This document shows, piece after piece, positions 19,801-26,900 of a DNA stretch of 64,000 nt. The notes below the pieces were generated by a model. It worked only from the letters and a program-made list of their open reading frames with translations, was not told where the DNA came from and searched no databases. Position numbers and translations under genes: made by a program. This stretch comes from Candidatus Moraniibacteriota bacterium (GTDB taxonomy: Bacteria; Patescibacteriota; Minisyncoccia; Moranbacterales; UBA1568): contig JAQTYF010000001.1 of NCBI GenBank assembly GCA_028688415.1, forward strand, positions 10,385-74,384, given 5' to 3'. The stretch's first letter is position 1, and every line of letters starts with the position of its first letter.

Positions 19801-20252
19801 TAATCAAAAAAAATGGTACAAAAATATCAAAAAAGGATATTTACGATTTCTTTGAAAAAGAAACAAGAATATCATTTGGACCCACCTTTCAGACATTGCA
19901 GGCAGTGTGGAAAAATGAAGACGGTTCTTCTTGTGCTGTCATTGATACTGCCAAGCTTCTTCCGATATTTGGAATAGAAACTTTCGACAGACTGATTCAG
20001 TGGATCGATGCTTCTTTTCAGATGCTCGGGCTACAATCTGCGGATCAACAAAGAACTTTTGTGCTTCCGATTAGTATTGATTGGATGAAATATTATGAAG
20101 AGATCGAAAAAACACGCTTTGTATACCCGGTACTTTTGTCTTTTACTCCTACCGAAACAGGTGTGCGTGGTGATGTCTCTGTCGTAAACGAAAAAGGAGA
20201 AGTTATCCTTGAAATGAAGGGCATTTTTCTTCGCAAAGGAAGTTTTTCTTGA
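16809..20252 (+). CDS. Type I PKS multidomain protein AT-ACP-KR-DH
   Basis: AT: FAGQGS, GHSFGEYSAL, NINSPNQTVI, PYHSP, FLEIGP. ACP: DFGIDSI. KR: IGGASGI, NGAG, FASIISRYGSAGQSIYTAAN, IHWPAW. DH: WLRDHKIQGAMYVP, FGPTFQ, IDASFQ. Confidence 0.92.
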   Translation: MMNKSQGYYYGTYTVSMKPYSGVDFSRRCFIFAGQGSTFPGMFRDEYLKSILIREKFALADRLMRRFHLPKISDYIMHPENLQEKTLPVVSNIALFTLEMALFDMLRASQIIPEKVTGHSFGEYSALVASGVVSFEEMLMIIYHRDIFCPKAHTAGFLIAVNADVRYIKAVLKHQKYFISNINSPNQTVIAVVPECVDEIVDIFRENETKCKVLYGVPQPYHSPYLLSSQKKIEAFLRKKQFTFRKPTIPFFSSVLKKEINQQNFRKSDIEKILCTQITTQVNFIYQVRSMYNLGCFSFLEIGPKKIFSVFVEDILAEKKQSVKTECIQSFFQKEQKANTAGKNVKNAKLFTIICKTIREITGYEIKSIHPNGRFQEDFGIDSIKRTDILLTIFRRLKISLGDDFNTSHFKSIDDVILYIETIQKKSLSSIQDTETKKVHKKRKTEFQRYAFLPVTEELSIASSQCSRDDRANLFVLDIENIFESDSVVLKRWFSFVRRVVDKNQTFTLVIRAQDIQWEYKKMLSLFQFFRGFLQPIKQSTFCCLCLSFGSEQSIAVSSLASFLKSLKREFSGMFFRYVHSDAVKDFKEFLPEKEGMNGDDIVYTRGKRYRMQPVLIQNNPIIPFKKDAVIIVIGGASGITFSLIKHIAKEEKPIFYVIGRRNEQEKIIREHIRILKKYTPHVFYVSLDARDKVALEKVWKRVMREQKRIDYVINGAGTVDIDFFDQKTELSIESEFCNKVVPTLNVLQLALKYHPKRVINFASIISRYGSAGQSIYTAANAWVSEMTQKYGKELEKYGSVATAIHWPAWENTGMTAEKSVSQKLDEYEVSLLDPDDANRLFALDLSLQKSGPVYYLDASDDSALSFPSNNFIKYAPILGSPSDLSSLTFSQNIFRKSFHTTSDKWLRDHKIQGAMYVPLAIGIGMFLCLGKMYWKKVPLLKNISAQNPLIVRKAVVECTLERKNVDNKNTLSLKSDVSYFSAEEIKEEKEEQKLFCIIKKNGTKISKKDIYDFFEKETRISFGPTFQTLQAVWKNEDGSSCAVIDTAKLLPIFGIETFDRLIQWIDASFQMLGLQSADQQRTFVLPISIDWMKYYEEIEKTRFVYPVLLSFTPTETGVRGDVSVVNEKGEVILEMKGIFLRKGSFS

Positions 20253-20884
20253 AAAAAGATATGAGAAACCTCTTTTCATCACGAGGAAATATGAATCTAC
20301 TGCGTTGTCTCGCTCAGCCAACGAGAATATTTCGTCATCAGGGATGGGATATAGAGAAGCAACGTTCGATAGCTGATTTTTTGGTATACATTCTTTCGGG
20401 AGAAGAACTCAAGCATTCGGAGACCGGAAGACCGATAATCAACGACTTCACCGATGTGTCGATTTCACATAAACCGCACTATATCGTTGTCGCTACGATC
20501 CAGTCTCCGTATAAGATTGGAATTGATATTGAATACCTCTTGACGGATATACAAACAGTGTTCTTTATCGGTCCAGTAATCAAAAAGAACGAACAGTTTG
20601 TACTGGATTGTTTCTGCAGAGAAAATAACCTTTCCTATTCTTCTGGAGTAATCGCTTTTTGGTCTCTCAAAGAATCTTTCTTCAAATGTCTTGATGTTGA
20701 TATGAAACCTGCTCAGATTTTTGTATCGCGGATTTATAATGAGAAAGTATTTTTTTCTTTTTCAAACTCTATCAAAGAATGTATGAAGGAAAGAAAAATA
20801 CAGTTTGAATATGCTACAATAGAAATTCGAGGGGAATATGTCCTGACACAGACGATTATGTGTGAGATGAAAAAATATGAATAA
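20249..20884 (+). CDS. 4'-phosphopantetheinyl transferase (Sfp/AcpS superfamily)
   Basis: GRP, VSISH, IGIDIE, FWSLKESFFKC; overlaps the stop of the PKS gene; start uncertain. Confidence 0.88.
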   Translation: MKKDMRNLFSSRGNMNLLRCLAQPTRIFRHQGWDIEKQRSIADFLVYILSGEELKHSETGRPIINDFTDVSISHKPHYIVVATIQSPYKIGIDIEYLLTDIQTVFFIGPVIKKNEQFVLDCFCRENNLSYSSGVIAFWSLKESFFKCLDVDMKPAQIFVSRIYNEKVFFSFSNSIKECMKERKIQFEYATIEIRGEYVLTQTIMCEMKKYE

Positions 20885-21905
20885 AAATATGCCGTCACAA
20901 TATCGTTGGCAAACACTCGATATTATCAAAACTATCGGATGTCTTGGAGCTATTTTTAGCCATATATTGATATGGCAATTTGGCACCACTCATCGTGGTG
21001 TAGGTATAGATCTGTATGATATGAATGCTGTTTCTTGGCCGATACTTACTTTTTGTTTCGTGATAGTGCACATTCTCTTTCTTTCAGCAGGAGCGTCTTT
21101 TTATTTTTATATTGAGAAATATCACCCTTCAATGCGTCAAGTTGGTACTCGATTGATACCTATTATCCTTCTGGGATTTCTTTTTGGTCTCAATTATCAC
21201 CCGTTTATTCTGTATTGGAATGTTTTTTTCTTTTATACTCTTTCTATCCTCACTCTTTTTTTCTTACAGCGTTTTTTCGGATATACGATTATTTTTCTTG
21301 TCACTTCACTGACGCTTTTTCTCACACCATTGCTCCGCATGTTTTTCGATGATGGATTTTTGGAAAATTATTTTATCACCTTTTTCTTTACTGATGCACA
21401 GAATACTATCAATTTCTATCCATTTTTCCCGTTCTTTTCTCTGATCGGATTTGGATTTCTCACGAGTCATATCTATTACACGTATCAGAAAAAGAAGTTA
21501 TTCATACGAAGCCTCGCCTCCGGGACGTTGGCATTATTCTTCCTCACCCTAATCCTAGAACGAGTGGATGTCTCTGATATCTTTGGCGTAACAGCCCATC
21601 TCCCTATACGTTTTCTTCTCCTAACCATTGCTTTTTTTGTTGTAATTCTCTCTCTCATCGAGCTGATTGCTCATGGCAGAATGATAACGAAAAAATACCA
21701 CCCATTGGTGATTATCGGACGACATATTCTCCCCGTGTATGTCTTGACCCTTTTGAGCTCACTAGTTTTCTTGAATTTTTTCCAACGACTGAGTTTTTAT
21801 AACAAAGAGAGTATAGGAGTTTTTCTTTTTTCTCTTTTCATAACATTTGATATTGCGTATGCGATAGCGGTGATACTCACATATCGGAACAGGCAGAATG
21901 CCTAG
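20877..21905 (+). CDS. Polytopic membrane protein, HGSNAT/DUF1624-like transmembrane acyltransferase
   Basis: RWQTLDIIKTIG...FSH (RxxxLDxxRG...H-like), FLSAGAS, FYPFFPF, IGRHILPVY; about 9-10 TM helices. Confidence 0.7.
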   Translation: MNKNMPSQYRWQTLDIIKTIGCLGAIFSHILIWQFGTTHRGVGIDLYDMNAVSWPILTFCFVIVHILFLSAGASFYFYIEKYHPSMRQVGTRLIPIILLGFLFGLNYHPFILYWNVFFFYTLSILTLFFLQRFFGYTIIFLVTSLTLFLTPLLRMFFDDGFLENYFITFFFTDAQNTINFYPFFPFFSLIGFGFLTSHIYYTYQKKKLFIRSLASGTLALFFLTLILERVDVSDIFGVTAHLPIRFLLLTIAFFVVILSLIELIAHGRMITKKYHPLVIIGRHILPVYVLTLLSSLVFLNFFQRLSFYNKESIGVFLFSLFITFDIAYAIAVILTYRNRQNA

Positions 21906-21960
21906 TGCACATTTTCTTTGTTTGGTATATACTATACATGTATTCGTAACAGCAATCTTT

Positions 21961-23013
21961 ATGAAAAAAAGTTTCTTTGCCATTTTCTTTGTATTGGTTT
22001 TTGCAGTAAGCATAGGTATGCCTCAGCCAGTGCATGCTGGTGGTGTCGTCGATGCAATCGTGGATGCGGTGACGAATGTTGTTGCGATAGCCGCTGGTGT
22101 CGTACAGGGCTCATTGTCACTTATTAGTGGGGGGAGTTTCTCTGATGGATATGCTCAGGGATTCTGCAGTGTATCGAGTAATGGGAATGGGATATTCAGT
22201 CCTGGAGGGTGTCAGAATGCGGGAGGGCAAATTGTTTCGTCTACAGGAGTTCCATGTGTAGCGAATTACAATGTTGCATGTATTGCCACTAATGCTTGTG
22301 GAACAACTAATAGCGGTACATATGATTGTGTAGGTACGTGTACTGCTGTCGCCCCACCAATGCCCCCTAATCAAGGAGCTTCTTGTGATTCTGCTCAAAA
22401 TAATTGTGGATCGAAAAATGTAGGCACTATGAACTGTGGAGTATGTTCTGCTGTTGCTCCTGCTGATGCGTGGTTTTATCCTGGAGTTGCTTGTCTCTCC
22501 GCTCCGAACCAATGTGGTATGCAAAATGCCAATGGAACGTATAATTGCTTGGGACAATGTGCTGGGTCAACCTCTCCTTCACCAGCTCTCTGCTCCTCAT
22601 ACAATACCAATAAACCAACAGTATCACTGACAGCAAATCCGCTCGTACGTACATCGGCAGGATCGACCACTCTCACATGGACCGTAGGCAATGCAACGAG
22701 TTGTCGTCATTCAAGTAGTGATACCTCTATCTGGTCTGATGCACCAATAACCCCCGCTAACGATTCAGCTAACGTCTCTGTTACAGCTCCTACTACCTCT
22801 TTCACCATCTCCTGTTCGAATGCCTCAGGAGTAACCAACAGAACGGTATATGTCAAAGTTCAGAATGATTGTTCTCCTCTCGATTGTGGAGGCACAGCAA
22901 AATCTGATCAAGTGTGTGTAGGGAAACGATACAATGACATAAAAGGTTGTGGCGTGAATAACTGTACCGGTACCCGTTATTGTGACTTCAATTGGAAAGA
23001 GACGGCGTTGTAA
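21961..23013 (+). CDS. Secreted Cys-rich repeat surface protein with a C-terminal Ig/PKD-like domain
   Basis: Signal peptide ending VHA; three NxCG..GTxxC.G.C units; LTANP...TTLTW....ATSC...FTISC. Confidence 0.8.
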   Translation: MKKSFFAIFFVLVFAVSIGMPQPVHAGGVVDAIVDAVTNVVAIAAGVVQGSLSLISGGSFSDGYAQGFCSVSSNGNGIFSPGGCQNAGGQIVSSTGVPCVANYNVACIATNACGTTNSGTYDCVGTCTAVAPPMPPNQGASCDSAQNNCGSKNVGTMNCGVCSAVAPADAWFYPGVACLSAPNQCGMQNANGTYNCLGQCAGSTSPSPALCSSYNTNKPTVSLTANPLVRTSAGSTTLTWTVGNATSCRHSSSDTSIWSDAPITPANDSANVSVTAPTTSFTISCSNASGVTNRTVYVKVQNDCSPLDCGGTAKSDQVCVGKRYNDIKGCGVNNCTGTRYCDFNWKETAL

Positions 23014-23029
23014 GAAATAAACAAGAGAC

Positions 23030-23359
23030 ATGTCAGAAAAGATAGTACAAATAATGATAATGATTTTATTGTTAAGTATCACGCTCTTTGTCATGACACT
23101 TGTTTTTGTTGTTCTAATGAGACCGACGACAATGATTGAAACAGTCTCTCCTTTGCCTGTTTCTGATCTGCCTATGATACAGATTTCTCCAGAAATCGAT
23201 CAGCAGACGTCTCCGAATCCAGCATTGTATTCTGATGATGCAGATTTACGAATCATTGACGAGCAGGTGCGACGAGGAGTATTGACACCTGAAGAGGCGA
23301 AACAACGATTACAGGAAATTGTCAAGCAAAAAAGTAATACCGTTTCCACAACGCCATAG
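23030..23359 (+). CDS. Membrane-anchored hypothetical protein
   Basis: N-terminal TM; C-terminal GVLTPEEA (SHOCT-like) helix. Confidence 0.7.
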   Translation: MSEKIVQIMIMILLLSITLFVMTLVFVVLMRPTTMIETVSPLPVSDLPMIQISPEIDQQTSPNPALYSDDADLRIIDEQVRRGVLTPEEAKQRLQEIVKQKSNTVSTTP

Positions 23360-23388
23360 AGGTAAAAGATTTTCTGACTGAGCATCCA

Positions 23389-24030
23389 ATGATATACAAG
23401 ATACTTATTGCCGTTCTCGTGATACTTCTGCTTGTTGGGGGATTTTTTTCGTATCAGCGTTTTTCACAGAGAGATGTTCCGACGGAGACTCTGGCTCCAG
23501 TAGTGATCGAGAAAACTCCTTCTATAAAGAAGGTAGTCCCACCAAAAAAAGATCCAGAAGACACGCTCGCACTCTTTGGAGTTGCCAATTATGAAAGTGA
23601 AAATTTCCGTGTCGGAGATATCGCTATCGGAGGGGAATCAGAGTTCCTCCTTTCTGAAGATACTCCTGATCCGCTCACGATTACTGAGATTCGTGGTGAG
23701 GCATTTACGGAGAAGAATAAACCAGAAGTGAAACTCGTCATCACATGGAAAACAAACAAGCTTGCCAAATCAAATATTGCTTATTCGAAGGGTGTTGGTC
23801 AACCCAAGAAAACAGTCAATGAGGTAGACTATACGACCAATCATAGTCTGATTCTTCCTGGTCTTGATCAATCTTCGACATACCTCTACACTATCGTCTC
23901 TGATGATCGATTTGGCAATACAGCAACAAGCGATCAGCATGCTATCTATACGGGATCAAAGTCCGTCTCTCTCTTTGATTTGATAGCTGGAGCGGTAGGT
24001 GACGTCTTTGGTTGGGCTGCTCCCAAATAG
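23389..24030 (+). CDS. Membrane-anchored fibronectin type III-like protein
   Basis: ITWKTNK.A.S.I.Y ... HSLILPGL..SSTYLY.I.S.D.FGN. Confidence 0.8.
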   Translation: MIYKILIAVLVILLLVGGFFSYQRFSQRDVPTETLAPVVIEKTPSIKKVVPPKKDPEDTLALFGVANYESENFRVGDIAIGGESEFLLSEDTPDPLTITEIRGEAFTEKNKPEVKLVITWKTNKLAKSNIAYSKGVGQPKKTVNEVDYTTNHSLILPGLDQSSTYLYTIVSDDRFGNTATSDQHAIYTGSKSVSLFDLIAGAVGDVFGWAAPK

Positions 24031-24142
24031 TGGAGTATTATACCAGAATAAAGCCTCTATTTGACTTTATGGTATACTAGAGGAGTGATGTTTGAAGGAA
24101 TATTTTTATAAGGAAGCATAATTTGAATTTCTCGTACTCTGT

Positions 24143-25129
24143 ATGAAACAAAGAATATTTTCAGGAATACAGCCATCAGGAAACCTGCATCTTGGGAATT
24201 ATCTCGGTGCTATCGCGCAGTGGCTCACGCTTCAGGATGAATATGATACGCTTTTTTGTATTGTCGATCTTCATGCTATCACCGTCCCGCAAGACCCTGA
24301 AGCGCTCCGCAAAAAAACGCTCGAGATTGCCAAAATTTATCTCGCTTCTGGTATCGATCCGAGTAAATCAACGCTTTTCGTCCAATCACATGTGAAAGAA
24401 CATACCGAGCTTGGCTGGATACTTAATACTATTGCACGTTTTGGTGATTTGGAAAAAATGACACAGTTTAAGGACAAGTCAGTCAAAAGCGACAAAGAAA
24501 CTGTTGGTATTGGATTGTTTGATTACCCAGTGTTGATGGCTTCTGATATTTTGCTCTATGATACCCATGTTGTACCGGTAGGCAAGGATCAGATGCAACA
24601 CGTTGAACTTACCCGTACACTTGCCAAGCGTTTCAATGAAAGATTTGGTGAAACGTTTGTAGTGCCCGAAGGCAGAGTATCGAAAGAAGGTCAGCTCATT
24701 ATGGCGCTTGATGATGAGACGAAGAAGATGTCCAAATCTGCTGTCAGTGAGTATAATTTCATTGCCCTTACCGATGATGCAGATACGGTGAGGCGGAAAA
24801 TCCGCAAGGCTGTCACTGATGGTGAATCAGAGGTTGTTTATTCCGATGAGAAACCAGCACTGAAGAATCTCATCAATATCTATACTCTTCTTTCGCAGAA
24901 AACTTCAGAGGAAATAGAAATATTGTACAGAGGAAAGGGATATGGTGATTTCAAAACTGATCTCGCAGAAGTAATAGTAAATTTCCTCACACCATTTCAA
25001 GAACGTCTCGCCCATATTTCTGATGAAGAAGTCTTGAGTATTCTTCACGCTGGTGCAGAGAAGGCGCGAGGGCTTGCACAGAAAAAAATGCAATCTGTTC
25101 GCAAGAACATTGGTTTTTTGGTAGAATAA
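24143..25129 (+). CDS. trpS: Tryptophan--tRNA ligase
   Basis: FSGIQPSGNLHLGNYLG, YPVLMASDILLY, VPVGKDQ.QH, KMSKS. Confidence 0.97.
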   Translation: MKQRIFSGIQPSGNLHLGNYLGAIAQWLTLQDEYDTLFCIVDLHAITVPQDPEALRKKTLEIAKIYLASGIDPSKSTLFVQSHVKEHTELGWILNTIARFGDLEKMTQFKDKSVKSDKETVGIGLFDYPVLMASDILLYDTHVVPVGKDQMQHVELTRTLAKRFNERFGETFVVPEGRVSKEGQLIMALDDETKKMSKSAVSEYNFIALTDDADTVRRKIRKAVTDGESEVVYSDEKPALKNLINIYTLLSQKTSEEIEILYRGKGYGDFKTDLAEVIVNFLTPFQERLAHISDEEVLSILHAGAEKARGLAQKKMQSVRKNIGFLVE

Positions 25130-25159
25130 AAGGAAGGTATAATTATTATTGATACAGTT

Positions 25160-25630
25160 ATGTTCGAATCCATGCCAGAGCCAAAGAAAGAAGCAGTAGT
25201 GATAAAGCCCTTTCGTGAGAAGACGCCTGTATGGAAAAGTATTGTCGAAGAAGGTGTGGAATCCGTACTTATCGATGACATTATCGATCGAGTCACCGCC
25301 TCCCCAAATGAGTTGTATAGTTTCAGTCTCGAATCGAAATTTCGCGAGAAACTGGTCTTACTCGCGACAGAGGCTATCAATGAATTGTTGCAGAATGATC
25401 AGAAGAATTTTGCTGATCCAATCGACCGACAGACGAGCGGATGGGATCGTGAGATAGCGCACAGCAGCGAAGATCCCGATAAAGAGATCGCAAATCGAGG
25501 AAATGTTCTGATGAAGAGTCTTGTGACACTCTCTGGCGGGAAGGCGAATTTTGTTGAGAAAGTGGTTGCTTTGATGCAAGAAAAAGAGAGACAAAAAAAA
25601 TCTCTTGATCATCAAAAGAATATGCAGTAA
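25160..25630 (+). CDS. Hypothetical protein
   Basis: 156-aa ORF filling the intergenic space, with normal composition. Confidence 0.7.
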   Translation: MFESMPEPKKEAVVIKPFREKTPVWKSIVEEGVESVLIDDIIDRVTASPNELYSFSLESKFREKLVLLATEAINELLQNDQKNFADPIDRQTSGWDREIAHSSEDPDKEIANRGNVLMKSLVTLSGGKANFVEKVVALMQEKERQKKSLDHQKNMQ

Positions 25631-25700
25631 GAAAAAAAGAAGACGTATCCGAGGTTCCGGTACGTCTTTTTGATTGCGAGTTTCCGCTTGTTTATGGACA

Positions 25701-26039
25701 CTAGAGACGACAGCTCCAGTGAATCTCCAGCATAATGAAGAAGAGAAGGCTTCGTCGCGGTTCAGGTGTATTTGCGAGAAAGACCTGTAGCGACGCGAGT
25801 GTCTCTTGGGACCATGAAGGGAGAACATCGAGCGACCTCGTTTTATGAGATTTATCGTTCGAGAAGTGAGCAATTTTTTCTAAAAGAGAATATATTTCTT
25901 CTTCTGGCCAAAGTATCTCATACCCTGGATCTGGTACGTAATTCTCGAGAAGACATCGATCAGCATGACTGATAATCTCATCTTGTTCGAGAATTTGGAG
26001 CAAGGCACTTATTTGCGCCAGAGCGTTTACTGTTCCCAT
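25701..26039 (-). CDS. Hypothetical protein
   Basis: 112-aa ORF with a GGAG RBS upstream; no motif. Confidence 0.5.
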   Translation of the reverse strand: MGTVNALAQISALLQILEQDEIISHADRCLLENYVPDPGYEILWPEEEIYSLLEKIAHFSNDKSHKTRSLDVLPSWSQETLASLQVFLANTPEPRRSLLFFIMLEIHWSCRL

Positions 26040-26157
26040 CTTCTTTCTCCAGTTGTTAAGGAAAGATAATCATCACACAAGAATGTAGAAAAGTCAAGAA
26101 AAAAGACAGGACTATGAGTAGTGGTCCTGTCTCATTCTATTCCACGTTGGGAGGGGA

Positions 26158-26400
26158 TTAGGCATTGCAATAAATGAGTCTCCTGGTGCTTCTTTGAACA
26201 GGAGGATCTATTTCTTTCTTCGCTTCGATAGGAAATGCTTTCAGAGGAAAACATTGTGAAGAATCGCAACACGTCGACTTTATTTCGAGCAGTTTTGCTC
26301 TTGTCTTTGGTATATTGCAGGAACGCAACTCATCTCTGTATGATTCTCCCATGAGAGGGCAGATCACCTTTGGCACTAAAAAGAACAATGTGGTATTCAT
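26158..26400 (-). CDS. Small Cys-containing hypothetical protein
   Basis: 80 aa; AAGGA RBS-like sequence upstream. Confidence 0.4.
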   Translation of the reverse strand: MNTTLFFLVPKVICPLMGESYRDELRSCNIPKTRAKLLEIKSTCCDSSQCFPLKAFPIEAKKEIDPPVQRSTRRLIYCNA

Positions 26401-26556
26401 AGGGATCCTTTCTCTATCAGTTGAGGCTTGTTGTTAAGGAACGATTTTTGAATATGAAAAAACCACCCTAGAAGGTGGTTTTGAAAAAAATATGAATCCA
26501 AGAGAGGGGAGTGAATATTCTCTTTTGGAGTATTTCTTTTTTCATATGTTGATAGT

Positions 26557-26652
26557 AGTATACTCCCACACCAACCTTTTCGCAAGTATAAAAATTTGTA
26601 TGTCAAAAGTTTGTTTGTTCTCGGTAGTTGAAGGTTGGTGTGGGAGTATACT
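26557..26652. repeat. 22-bp perfect inverted repeat element
   Basis: AGTATACTCCCACACCAACCTT ... AAGGTTGGTGTGGGAGTATACT with a 52-nt spacer. Confidence 0.8.
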
Positions 26653-26719
26653 CCTAAAAAACAAATTGGCAATATTCTGTCAAGAGGAGTCTTTTGAAGA
26701 AGAGTCGTTGTGACCTATT

Positions 26720-26871
26720 AAAAGCCAATTTTTCATCATCGTTCCACCTCTCACAAGAGCTCTCAGTAAAACGAAAAAAGAAGCCTCCAATCAACACACT
26801 CTTAGCTTCTTTTTTCGATCTGAGAGCTCTTGCTCAGTCAGAGTGGAAAGGATGCTGAGAAAATTCTTTTG
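26720..26871. repeat. MITE-like element family A copy 2 (reverse complement of ~9751-9902)
   Basis: AAAAGCCAATTTTTCATCATCGTTCCACCTCTCACAAGAGCTCTCAGTA ... GATGCTGAGAAAATTCTTTTG. Confidence 0.82.
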
Positions 26872-26900
26872 ATAGGTCTGCAAGTTTTTTTGAAAAGAGT

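Noticed and set aside
14750-20884. Naming the cluster an enediyne or PUFA biosynthesis locus
   Set aside because: No enediyne cassette partners (thioesterase, E3-E5) and no tandem ACPs, FabA-type DH or PfaD are visible; only the architecture is similar.
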